Source: Bdellovibrio sp. ZAP7 (GTDB lineage: Bacteria > Bdellovibrionota > FAC87 > UBA2466). From it: DNA of 64,000 nt. The DNA lies in assembly GCA_945878405.1 (NCBI GenBank), contig CAMCTJ010000002.1, forward strand, positions 3,099-67,098, read 5' to 3'. A program made the translations under genes and the position numbers. Below, piece after piece: positions 19,974 to 28,831 of the stretch. Within the stretch, counting starts at the first letter, position 1. Each line of letters opens with the position of its first letter. A model generated the notes under the pieces. The model worked only from the letters and a program-made list of their open reading frames with translations. It ran no database searches and was not told the DNA's origin.

Positions 19974-20492
19974 TTAGAGTTTTATAAAGACACTGCATTC
20001 CGGAGTAGCGTTTGGCTTAAGCTGGTCTTGCTTACAAGTGATTACGACTTCTTCATTATCAATTTCCAGATTCTTTATCAGCTTACTTTTATAAACCGCC
20101 ACAGGAACCAAAAGGGCATTGTAAAGTGTTTGGGCCGTTTGGGGATTGGTGAGGACTAAGCGAACTCCCTTAGCTTCTGATTTCTGAATGATCTGATTTG
20201 AGAGTCCTCTGAAATCAAAAATGAAGTGGCAAGCGTAAGGTTCGACCGCATTGTAGTGGCGGTTGAAGCAAGAGAGTTCAATACTGCCATCGTTGGTTCT
20301 AAAATTCTTTCCTTTGCCTTCACTGAGTTGTCCCACGGGGAGATCCAATGAATCATAAACAGTCACAGCCTCTTTTCCTTCAAACGTCACATGAAGAAAT
20401 TCTTCCACCGAGTACTTGTGAGTTTCTGCTTGGGAAAAAGAAGAGACCAAAACGAAACAAGCTAAGGATAAGAGAAAGCGCATAGTGAACAC
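19974..20492 (-). CDS. hypothetical secreted protein
   Basis: Signal peptide MRFLLSLACFVLVSSFSQA. 172 aa with no recognisable motif. Confidence 0.5.
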   Translation of the reverse strand: MFTMRFLLSLACFVLVSSFSQAETHKYSVEEFLHVTFEGKEAVTVYDSLDLPVGQLSEGKGKNFRTNDGSIELSCFNRHYNAVEPYACHFIFDFRGLSNQIIQKSEAKGVRLVLTNPQTAQTLYNALLVPVAVYKSKLIKNLEIDNEEVVITCKQDQLKPNATPECSVFIKL

Positions 20493-20584
20493 CTCAAATT
20501 TGATGCGCTGTGTCTACCATAAGTAAGTGAAAAAGGGAAGAGGGGAGAAAACTAGCCAAATAAAATCAAACATTTAGGCTAGTA

Positions 20585-23146
20585 TCAATGTTTCCCAAAA
20601 ACCTCAAATTGCTCGGTGTGGAAGGCATTGTCGGGCTTGATCAGAATGGTTTTTCCAAACCTTTTTTCTAATAGTCCCACATGTCTGCTTTCTTCTTTTG
20701 CTAAAAGGCTTACGACACCGGGTGAAGCAAAGACCACAATGTTTTGCGTTTGAGATAGAGCTTCTTTTTCGATTTCTCGGAAAATTTCAAAAGCCACTGT
20801 TCGCCTGCTTTTTGTGTACCCTCGGCCATCACAGTGTGGGCAACTTTCCGTGAGGTATCGAATCAAGTCTTCATGGGTTCTCTTGCGAGTCATTTCCACA
20901 AGACCCAATTCGGAAATTTTTAAGATATTCGTTTTCGACTTGTCTCCGGAAAGAGCATCTTGGAGCGCATTGAAGACTTTCTCCCGATTTGAAGAAGACT
21001 CCATATCAATCAAATCGATAATGATGATCCCGCCGACGTTTCTGATTCTCAGCTGATACGCAATTTCTTTTACGGCTTCTAAGTTGGTACGAAGAATCGT
21101 TTCTTCAAGACTCTTGGATCCCACATATCTTCCGGTATTGACGTCGATAGCAGTGAGAGCTTCTGATTGGTCAATCAGAAGGTATCCGCCCGATTTCAAC
21201 CAAACCTTTTTGCTGAGAGCTCTAGAAATTTCAGCTTCAATTCCATAGTGCTCGAACAGTTGAGACGGCCCTTTGAACAGCTTCACCCTGTTTTTGAGTT
21301 GGGGCATGAACTGTCCAATAAAATCTTGAATGCCGTCATGATCAGAGGGATTGTCGATTACTAAAGAATCTACATCCTCAGTAAAGTAATCTCGAACCGT
21401 TCTATAAGTGAGCGAAAGATCTTCATGGATCAAAGCGGGGGCTCTTTTTTGAGAAGAGTCACGTTTGATTTGCTGCCAGGTGCGGATGAGATAATCGGCA
21501 TCGGCCTTGAGTTCGCGGAAAGTTTTTCCTTCTGCTACCGTTCGAATAATGAATCCAACGCCTTTTACTCGTAAGCGCTTCGTGAAAATATCTCGTAAGC
21601 GACGTCGTTCACGGTCGCTTTCGATTCTTCGTGAAATACCGAGGTGTTTTACCGTTGGCATTAAAACGAGATTTCTTCCAGGCAAAGAAATATGAGTCGT
21701 TAACCGAGCTCCTTTTGTTCCGATAGGAGCTTTAGCCACTTGGACTAATATTTCCTGACCTTCCTTTAAAAGATCCTGAATGTTGGCAGTGCTTCTTCTT
21801 CGCCGGCTAAAACCCCGTCTTTTGTTATTGCGATTTCCGTAGCGCGGTCGTTGGCGGGCAGACCGACCTTCTCGGCTTTCATAGCGGCGACCATCTCTTC
21901 GGGGACCTCGTCCTCCCTCGCGGTTATCGCGAGTGTCTCGGTTGTCGCGGGAGCGATTATCGCGGTTATCGCGAGTGTCTCGGTTGTCTCGATCTCGGTT
22001 ATCTCTGTCGCGATTGTCACGTGATCGGTAATCACGGTTATTGCGAGTATCTCGGTTGTCTCTGTCGCGAGTGTCTCGGTTGTCTCTGTCGCGAGTATCT
22101 CGGTTGTCTCTGTCGCGAGTATCTCGGTTGTCTCTGTCGCGAGTGTCTCGGTTGTCTCTGTCGCGAGTGTCTCGGTTGTCGCGGGAGCGATTATCGCGGT
22201 TATCGCGAGTGTCTCGGTTGTCTCTGTCGCGAGTGTCTCGGTTGTCTCGGTCGCGAGTGTCTCGGTTGTCTCTGTCGCGAGTGTCTCGGTTGTCTCTGTC
22301 GCGAGTGTCTCGGTTATCTCGGCTGTCTCGATTGTCTCGTCCTTCTCTGGAGCCCCGGTAGTTTCCGCGGCCACGTCGTGGTTCGCGAGAATCTTGTCTT
22401 CGGCCTTGGTGGTAACGATCTCGCTGAAAACCCGAGCGTTCAGTTGCTGGTTTTTCATTTCCAGGTTGGGGACCTTCATCTTCTTCAGTAACCTGATCGG
22501 TGAGCAGTTCTTTTTGTCGAATCTCCTCGGGCATCGGTTCAAAAGCAGGCGCTGGTTCAGCAGATGCTTCCGCGGGAGCTTCTGGTTCTTTAGCAGAAAC
22601 CGGAGCAGGCTCTGTGGTTTCCGTTTCTGCGTCGGTTAATTCAAAGTCAGGTTCATTGTCGGGAATAGAAAGAGGTTCTTCAAATTCTTCGTCGTCCTCT
22701 TCCTCTTCGCGACCTTCAGGAGGGGTGAGAGAAGGGGCTACAAAAATCGGAGCTACTGTGGTGTCTTCTTCGATGACCAAAGCTTCCGACTCTTCACCAG
22801 CAGATTCTGTCTCGGTCGTTGTACCTTCAGAGGGTTCTGTCGAATCTGATTCAGAATATCTCTCATCTGAATCGTCAGATTCCTCTTCATCTAAAACATC
22901 GACATCGCTTCCAAAAGGTTCATCGATGATGTCATCCACATAAAGAAAGGCAGTACGCTCAAGCCCTAATTCCAAAAAGGCAGCCTGCATCCCCGGGAGG
23001 ACTCTTTTGACGACCCCTAAATAGACATTTCCAACGACGTTTTTATCTTCTTCTCGTTCGATATGAAGTTGTTTGATTTCCCCGTCTTCTAGTAAGGCAA
23101 CGCGGGTTTCATAGTGGTTTGAATTAACTAAGATTTGTTTGCTCAT
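20585..23146 (-). CDS. rne: ribonuclease E/G family endoribonuclease with a large low-complexity insertion in the S1 domain
   Basis: S1 N-terminal half VGNVYLGVVKRVLPGMQAAFLELGLERTAFL. S1 C-terminal half EILVQVAKAPIGTKGARLTTHISLPGRNLVLMP. Catalytic core LIDQSEALTAIDVNTGRYVG and VGGIIIIDLIDM. Zn-link CPHCDGRG. Confidence 0.9.
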   Translation of the reverse strand: MSKQILVNSNHYETRVALLEDGEIKQLHIEREEDKNVVGNVYLGVVKRVLPGMQAAFLELGLERTAFLYVDDIIDEPFGSDVDVLDEEESDDSDERYSESDSTEPSEGTTTETESAGEESEALVIEEDTTVAPIFVAPSLTPPEGREEEEDDEEFEEPLSIPDNEPDFELTDAETETTEPAPVSAKEPEAPAEASAEPAPAFEPMPEEIRQKELLTDQVTEEDEGPQPGNEKPATERSGFQRDRYHQGRRQDSREPRRGRGNYRGSREGRDNRDSRDNRDTRDRDNRDTRDRDNRDTRDRDNRDTRDRDNRDTRDNRDNRSRDNRDTRDRDNRDTRDRDNRDTRDRDNRDTRDRDNRDTRDRDNRDTRNNRDYRSRDNRDRDNRDRDNRDTRDNRDNRSRDNRDTRDNREGGRGPRRDGRRYESREGRSARQRPRYGNRNNKRRGFSRRRRSTANIQDLLKEGQEILVQVAKAPIGTKGARLTTHISLPGRNLVLMPTVKHLGISRRIESDRERRRLRDIFTKRLRVKGVGFIIRTVAEGKTFRELKADADYLIRTWQQIKRDSSQKRAPALIHEDLSLTYRTVRDYFTEDVDSLVIDNPSDHDGIQDFIGQFMPQLKNRVKLFKGPSQLFEHYGIEAEISRALSKKVWLKSGGYLLIDQSEALTAIDVNTGRYVGSKSLEETILRTNLEAVKEIAYQLRIRNVGGIIIIDLIDMESSSNREKVFNALQDALSGDKSKTNILKISELGLVEMTRKRTHEDLIRYLTESCPHCDGRGYTKSRRTVAFEIFREIEKEALSQTQNIVVFASPGVVSLLAKEESRHVGLLEKRFGKTILIKPDNAFHTEQFEVFGKH
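21922..22342 (-). repeat. in-frame tandem repeat array, 24-bp unit (about 17 units, some 18/21-bp variants), encoding (RDNRDTRD)n
   Basis: The plus strand shows repeated gtctcggttgtctctgtcgcgagt units. The translated tract, about 140 aa, is almost only R/D/N/T. Confidence 0.9.
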
Positions 23147-23389
23147 GAATCAGATTTCTTTAATAAATTTAATCAGCTAGAAGGGGTTCAGTCATCCTCA
23201 TCATCTACTGCCGAGACCCTTTTTGCTAACCTGCTCCACGCCTATCCAGAGATTTGGAAACCTTTGGTGACTCACAGGTAAGGGGTAAGAATTATCATCG
23301 CTTTTGAAGAGAGTAAATATCCGATTCAAGAGGCCCGATAAGGTAGGAACAACTGCGGCTTTTATAAAACGCTATGCGTTAGGAGATCT

Positions 23390-23842
23390 ATGAAATCTGC
23401 CATCCTTCTCTTGTTTCAATTAGCACTGGCAGTGGGGATCTTTGTAGTAAACCCAAACTTTTTTGGAATCCTTCAAGAAAACCCCCAAAGTTGGTTGAGG
23501 TTTTATCAACACACGGCAGAGCTCTTTGCAGTCCCCTTTTGTCTCCTGCTCTTTAGCTTCAGCAAAAAGCCTTTGTTCCTGGGGCTTCGTTTAAGTTGGG
23601 GGATCTGGACTGCGATCATCAGTACTGGGTTACTCTGGCAAGCTCCAGTTCAGTTCACTGATATTACCGAATTTGGCCGCATCTTAATTGCTTTCAATTC
23701 CATCTTTGGATTTTCTCTTTCACTTTTTGCTGTCATTGAAATCAGTAAGATGTGGCCTTCACGAGATCCCTCTCTTACTCCGATCTCTGCTACTGCCCCC
23801 AAAGCTAATGGGGCGGCAATGGATATGGTCGAGGGTGCTTAG
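23390..23842 (+). CDS. hypothetical integral membrane protein
   Basis: 150 aa with about 4 hydrophobic helices. Its 3' end overlaps the convergent PPTase gene by 38 bp. Confidence 0.45.
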   Translation: MKSAILLLFQLALAVGIFVVNPNFFGILQENPQSWLRFYQHTAELFAVPFCLLLFSFSKKPLFLGLRLSWGIWTAIISTGLLWQAPVQFTDITEFGRILIAFNSIFGFSLSLFAVIEISKMWPSRDPSLTPISATAPKANGAAMDMVEGA

Positions 23843-24458
23843 CGACTGATCCTAAGGTGCCTTCAAAGCAAATACTGACTAAGTAATTTCTCACGAGATG
23901 AAACGATAGAGTGGGGGTTGTTAGTTTAAAAGGAGTGTGAAGACTACTTTCTCCTCTGTAAGGATCTGTTCCCGTTAAGTGTACTTTCAAATCTTGGATG
24001 CCTTCTCGGAGTCCAATCCCCGAGGCTTTTGAAAAGGCTTCTTTTGCAGTCCAAAGAAAAAGCCCCTTATCTTCTATTTGGGTCTGGATCTCATTTTGAA
24101 AAGAATCAATCCGGTTAATTTCTTCCTGAGAGGCAATTTTGGGAAGAACATGTCCTACTTTTCGCTGGCAGTTTTCGATATCAATTCCAACTGGAAAAGA
24201 TGAAATCACAGCAACAGAGATTTCTTCCGTGTGGGCAATCGAACCAAAACAGTTTTTAAGTTCCAAAAACCCTAACTTTTTATTGGGGACTATCTCCAAA
24301 CTTAAATTCTGAGTTTGCAGAAGGTCTTTTAAAGCGGTTCTTCCTGCGAGAAATGTTCTTTGAGCTTGGGGGTGAGAAGCTGCAGCTTTCTGACCCGATG
24401 CAGCTTCTAGTTTTTCAAGTGACCACTTCGAAAAATCAAAAAAATTCCAAATCAGCAT
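23805..24458 (-). CDS. 4'-phosphopantetheinyl transferase (Sfp-type)
   Basis: FPVGIDIE (Mg-binding motif) and LWTAKEAFSKASGIGL (WxxKEAxxK motif). Confidence 0.75.
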   Translation of the reverse strand: MLIWNFFDFSKWSLEKLEAASGQKAAASHPQAQRTFLAGRTALKDLLQTQNLSLEIVPNKKLGFLELKNCFGSIAHTEEISVAVISSFPVGIDIENCQRKVGHVLPKIASQEEINRIDSFQNEIQTQIEDKGLFLWTAKEAFSKASGIGLREGIQDLKVHLTGTDPYRGESSLHTPFKLTTPTLSFHLVRNYLVSICFEGTLGSVAKHPRPYPLPPH

Positions 24459-24557
24459 TGAGAATTACCTAATCAGGAAGCGTAGCACAAAACTTGTAAG
24501 CTTGAGAAGCAACACGTTATTAAGAGAAAAAGAAGGTAGTCCGATGAGTTATTACAG

Positions 24558-25643
24558 ATGCAAACTAAAAAAAACATAAGCTTCTTTTCTCTGTTCGTGC
24601 CCTTCTTTCTGGCTCTCGTGGCTTTTCAAAGTTGGGTGAGTCATGCGGAGGAGTCCCAGAGAGAGAAAGTCTATGCCCTTCAACAAAGAGCAAAAGCGAC
24701 TTTATTAACCAAGCTGAGAAAGGGTGAGGACGATTGGGTAGATATTCAGGTGGTTACTCCTGTGGATTACACCAATCTCATTTCAAAAGACTTCGTAAAA
24801 AATATTGTTGAGGAAGTTTTTCAAGCTTATGACCCTGATATTTCTGTCAGGAGAAATGCATATAAATTGAAGGGTGTCTCCTTGGATATGTTGAGGCTTG
24901 CAGTCGCGAATACCAAAGCCGATGTTCTCGTTTCGACTGTTTTTCTCCCCACCAACGTAGATGTTTATATTTACGACAAGAGAAACCCCTTTCAGATCTA
25001 TGCTCAGAGCGAGGCTTATGTAGAGGGGAATCAAGAAGATCTCGATGTAAAAATGGCAGAGCACTATACGAGAATCGCTTTTCGTCGGGCTCTCTTTAAG
25101 TACATTAGCGATCAGACGTACGATCTCCCGCGAGATGGGAGTCCACCGGTTTTACAATCCCCCATCCCTCGATTGATAGCGAGTTATCAAACGGTTGAGA
25201 TGATCAACCGAGACGCCAATTCAAATTTCTACGCCTCCTTTAACTGGGGAGCAGCTTTAAGTAATGGAACTAGTGGCAAGTTTTGGAATTCCAGTTTGAT
25301 ATCCCTAGAACTGGGTGCCAATGTGCTGGGGAAACTTTACGTTGAAGGAGCTGCCGAAATTTCTGCCTATAACTTAGCTGTAGGTTCATTGAAATATTTA
25401 TTCACCGACCGAGATGAAGCTTTCCGATTTATGTTTGGTATTGGCGGGGCCGTACTTTCAAATCGGCATACTTTTGATTGGGATCAGTCGAACGATATTC
25501 AGGGAAGAAAATTTTACGTCGTGCCTAGTTTTTCTGTGATGTTTCCCATTTCAGATGTTTACCTAAAGCTTGAAAGCCGGGCTTTTATCAATTCCAACTC
25601 ACAGATCTATACGTTTATGCCAGGCCTGCACATCTGGTTCTAA
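24558..25643 (+). CDS. hypothetical secreted protein, possibly with a C-terminal outer-membrane beta-barrel
   Basis: Signal peptide. The C-terminal third has alternating hydrophobic residues and ends ...PGLHIWF (terminal Phe, as in OMPs). Confidence 0.5.
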   Translation: MQTKKNISFFSLFVPFFLALVAFQSWVSHAEESQREKVYALQQRAKATLLTKLRKGEDDWVDIQVVTPVDYTNLISKDFVKNIVEEVFQAYDPDISVRRNAYKLKGVSLDMLRLAVANTKADVLVSTVFLPTNVDVYIYDKRNPFQIYAQSEAYVEGNQEDLDVKMAEHYTRIAFRRALFKYISDQTYDLPRDGSPPVLQSPIPRLIASYQTVEMINRDANSNFYASFNWGAALSNGTSGKFWNSSLISLELGANVLGKLYVEGAAEISAYNLAVGSLKYLFTDRDEAFRFMFGIGGAVLSNRHTFDWDQSNDIQGRKFYVVPSFSVMFPISDVYLKLESRAFINSNSQIYTFMPGLHIWF

Positions 25644-26278
25644 AGGAAGAAAATAACTCCGACTCCAGTAGAGAGTACTAACCGATCGGTTCCGTAGAAG
25701 TTGAATCTTGCTTCAGCTTTAATTCCAATATCTACCAAGGGTACCAAAAATCCTAGGGTTCCAAAGGCCATTTGACGCATGCCATTGTATTGGGGGGCTT
25801 GAGGGGGGCCGTCGGCGAAACGCAACCCCGTCACTTCAGTCCCTAATCCTGCCCCCAAAAAGGGCCATAAACTAAAAGTTTCGGGTCTAAAAATGTGGCG
25901 GTAACCCGCAAAGACATTGCTCACCGAGGCAAACTCAAACCCACCTTCAAACCCATGTCCACCTTCCGTGATGTACCCGAAGCTCAGTGCTTGAACGCCA
26001 GTGACATATTTAGTGAAGAGAGTTCGTTGAAATACTGCACTAAACCCCATCAGGTGATTGATATAAGGTCTTTCAAACTCAAAACGACTCGTATTCTTGG
26101 CCATAGACGAAAGAATGGCCCGTCGGACAAAGTGCTTATTTTTGATCCCCTCAATAGGGTCGATTAACGTCTCGGGATTTTCAAAATCAAGATTCGGTTT
26201 CTTATATTCTTCTGGCTCAGCAGCCAGACAAGTTAAGGCAAAACTTAGAATGAGGGGGAAGAGAAATAGAGAGCGCAT
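25640..26278 (-). CDS. hypothetical outer-membrane beta-barrel-like protein
   Basis: Signal peptide MRSLFLFPLILSFALTCLA. Gly/aromatic-rich alternating strands. Confidence 0.5.
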   Translation of the reverse strand: MRSLFLFPLILSFALTCLAAEPEEYKKPNLDFENPETLIDPIEGIKNKHFVRRAILSSMAKNTSRFEFERPYINHLMGFSAVFQRTLFTKYVTGVQALSFGYITEGGHGFEGGFEFASVSNVFAGYRHIFRPETFSLWPFLGAGLGTEVTGLRFADGPPQAPQYNGMRQMAFGTLGFLVPLVDIGIKAEARFNFYGTDRLVLSTGVGVIFFL

Positions 26279-26323
26279 CCTCTAAGGATACCAGTGCTCT
26301 AGAAACTTAGTGAGCCGGGTGCG

Positions 26324-27751
26324 TCAGTAATTTTTTGCGAAAATAACTCGCCCTTTGGACTCGGAGCCGCACGAAATGCACTTACCGGCTTCTCGAATTT
26401 GGGCAAAGGGGACACACCGAATAGTGGCTTTTGTGTCGTCCTTGATCTTATCCTCGCACTTTCGGCTTTCGCACCAGTGAAGCTGATAGAATCCACCCAG
26501 TGTTTCAACTTTTTCTTTGAAAGTGGCGTACTCATTTTCAATATGAGTATTTTGCGTTAGGCGATCCGAAGCTTTTGAGTAAAGTGCTTTTTGAAAGTCA
26601 GCTAATTGCTTCGTCACTTCTTCTCCCACCTGATCTAATGGAACTTGAGTTTTAGTCCCGTCTCTTCGAGCCAAAACGCAGAACCCATTAGCGAGATCTC
26701 GGGGACCGACTTCTACTCGCATGGGGATACCCGTGAGTTCATATTCATTGAATTTATATCCGGGGCTGTGCTCCAGACGGTCATCTAAATGTACCGAGTG
26801 ATTTTTCTGAATTGCTTGTTTTACTTTTTCGCTAGCTTCCAAAACTGTCGAATTATCTTTATTCTTTTGCAAAATGGGAACAATCACAACCTGAATGGGA
26901 GCCGCTTTCGGAGGAAGTACCAAGCCCTGATCATCGGAATGAGTCATGATCAAAGCGCCCAAAATTCTCCAACTAATACCCCAGCTCGTCTGGTAAACGT
27001 ATTGAACTTGGCTGTTTCTATCTTGAAATTTAATATCAAAAACTTTCGCAAAGCGCTGGCCAAAATAATGTGAGGTCGCTGCTTGAAGCGCTTTTTTATC
27101 TTGCATCATAGCTTCTAAACAGTAGGTTTCCTCAGCTCCTGCAAACTTTTCACTCTCTGTTTTCTTGCCGGGGATTACAGGAATTGCAAAAACATCTCTC
27201 ACAAAACTCAAATAGATATCGAGCATTCTCAGCGTTTCTTTGCGAGCGTCATCTTCGGTTTCATGGCAGGTGTGCCCTTCTTGCCATAAAAACTCCATAG
27301 TTCGCAAGAAAGGACGAGTTCTCATTTCCCAACGACAGACGTTAGCCCATTGGTTAATGAGAAGGGGAAGGTCGCGATAGCTCTTAATCCACTTCGAGTA
27401 CATGCTGTTGATGATCGTTTCAGAAGTGGGTCGAACAATCAGAGCTTCCTCTAGCTTCTTGCCTCCTCCGTGAGTAACAACTGCACATTGCGGGGCAAAC
27501 CCTTCCACATGATCTTTTTCCAAGTTTAAAAAACTTTCAGGGATGAACATCGGGAAATAAGCGTTTTGGTGCCCTGTTTCCTTAAACTTTCTATTGAGTT
27601 CAGCTTGAACCACTTCCCAAAGTGCATAACCATTTGGCCGCAAAACTAAGCATCCTCTTACGGGAGCCTGGTCAGCGAGTTTAGCGTGTTGGATGACATC
27701 CAGATACCATTGTGAAAAGTCTTCTTCTCTGGGAGTAATTCTATCTGCCAT
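26324..27751 (-). CDS. proS: prolyl-tRNA synthetase, archaeal/eukaryotic-like type (no insertion editing domain)
   Basis: 475 aa. N-terminus ITPREEDFSQWYLDVIQHAKLAD...VRGCLVLRPNGYALWE. C-terminal Cys-rich domain ending in ...FAKNY. Confidence 0.95.
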   Translation of the reverse strand: MADRITPREEDFSQWYLDVIQHAKLADQAPVRGCLVLRPNGYALWEVVQAELNRKFKETGHQNAYFPMFIPESFLNLEKDHVEGFAPQCAVVTHGGGKKLEEALIVRPTSETIINSMYSKWIKSYRDLPLLINQWANVCRWEMRTRPFLRTMEFLWQEGHTCHETEDDARKETLRMLDIYLSFVRDVFAIPVIPGKKTESEKFAGAEETYCLEAMMQDKKALQAATSHYFGQRFAKVFDIKFQDRNSQVQYVYQTSWGISWRILGALIMTHSDDQGLVLPPKAAPIQVVIVPILQKNKDNSTVLEASEKVKQAIQKNHSVHLDDRLEHSPGYKFNEYELTGIPMRVEVGPRDLANGFCVLARRDGTKTQVPLDQVGEEVTKQLADFQKALYSKASDRLTQNTHIENEYATFKEKVETLGGFYQLHWCESRKCEDKIKDDTKATIRCVPFAQIREAGKCISCGSESKGRVIFAKNY

Positions 27752-27757
27752 GACCTT

Positions 27758-28831
27758 TTACATCCTCTCAATTTCGCTCATTAAAAAATCCAACATTTGT
27801 GCTTCGGGAACTTTTCCAATCGGTTTTCCCTTTTTGTAAACTAGACCTTCGCCTTTTCCGCCGGCGATTCCAATGTCGGCCTCCATCGATTCTCCCGGGC
27901 CGTTCACTACGCAACCCATGACTGCGATCTTAATATTTTTTCCAAGACCTAAGGCTCGTCGCTCTACCTCTTCGGCTAGGCTATAGACATCGATGTCAGC
28001 TCGTCCACAACTGGGGCAAGCGATAATCTCTGGCATATCATTTTTAAGGCCGAGGCTCTTTAAAATGTATACTCCGGCTTTGACTTCATCCACCGGGTCG
28101 CAACTCAAAGAAACGCGAATCGTATCTCCGATTCCAGCCAATAAAAGGGAACCGATACCGACTGCAGATTTAATAGAACCATAGGTCTTAGTACCAGATT
28201 CGGTTACACCCAAGTGGAGAGGAGCTTCAGTCCTTTCTGATAATAAGGAATAAGCTCGGTAGTTATTAACGACATCTGAAGACTTAATGGAGACTTTGAA
28301 GTTGTAGAAATTTTGCTTTTCTACCAGTTCGATAGCATTCATGGCGCTTTCGACTAGGGCCTCTGATGTTGGGTGCCCATACTTTTTTAAGAGTGGCTTT
28401 TCTAACGAGCCTGCATTTACCCCAATTCGAACAGCTTTCCCCAAATCTCTAGCCGCTTTAATGACCTCTAGGGTCTTCCACTCGGCGCCGATATTTCCGG
28501 GGTTGATTCGTATACAGTCCACTCCGTGTTTAAGGGACTCTAAGGCCATTTTGTAATCAAAGTGAATGTCAGCAACAACCGGGATAGTCACTTTTTGAAG
28601 AATGGCGGGGAGGGCATTAGCCGCATCTTGATCATTTACTGTGACACGCACAATTTCACAGCCCGCAGTAGTCAGGTCTTGAATCTGTTTCAGCACTGCT
28701 TCTACGTCTTCAGTTTTAGGCGTAGTCATCGACTGAACGCGGATTGGGTTATTACCCCCAAGTTTTAAGTTCCCGACTGTAATTTCTCTAGTCGGTCTGC
28801 GATAAATCCCTTGAGATAAGTTAAGACTCAT
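27758..28831 (-). CDS. ispG: 4-hydroxy-3-methylbut-2-enyl diphosphate synthase
   Basis: RRPTREITVGNLKLGGNNPIRVQSMT, RINPGNIG, CPSCGR, and MGCVVNGPGE. Confidence 0.95.
   Translation of the reverse strand: MSLNLSQGIYRRPTREITVGNLKLGGNNPIRVQSMTTPKTEDVEAVLKQIQDLTTAGCEIVRVTVNDQDAANALPAILQKVTIPVVADIHFDYKMALESLKHGVDCIRINPGNIGAEWKTLEVIKAARDLGKAVRIGVNAGSLEKPLLKKYGHPTSEALVESAMNAIELVEKQNFYNFKVSIKSSDVVNNYRAYSLLSERTEAPLHLGVTESGTKTYGSIKSAVGIGSLLLAGIGDTIRVSLSCDPVDEVKAGVYILKSLGLKNDMPEIIACPSCGRADIDVYSLAEEVERRALGLGKNIKIAVMGCVVNGPGESMEADIGIAGGKGEGLVYKKGKPIGKVPEAQMLDFLMSEIERM

Noticed and set aside
19968-19979. Back-to-back stop codons (TAATTA) of the convergent purF and the 172-aa secreted-protein gene, with no intergenic base. 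I considered this as a possible regulatory palindrome.
   Set aside because: It is only a 6-bp palindrome created by two TAA stops. No extended hairpin or motif surrounds it.
21922-22342. A regularly spaced short repeat array that at first glance resembles a CRISPR array.
   Set aside because: The units are directly tandem with no unique spacers, the period is 24 bp, the array is in frame inside a coding sequence, and there are no cas genes in the window.
21766-22943. Several long ORFs in other frames and on the opposite strand within the RNase E repeat region: 21766-22542 (-), 22021-22491 (+), 22041-22361 (+), 22394-22639 (+) and 22500-22943 (+).
   Set aside because: They are by-products of the low-complexity, stop-poor repeat DNA and translate to monotonous CLGCLCRE / SRVSRLSL / TETLATE strings. 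The frame that carries recognisable S1 and catalytic RNase E/G motifs on both sides of the repeat is the real one.
26299-26541. An 80-aa minus-strand ORF overlapping the 3' end of proS in another frame.
   Set aside because: It lies entirely within the well-supported ProRS coding region (C-terminal Zn-binding domain) and has no independent support.
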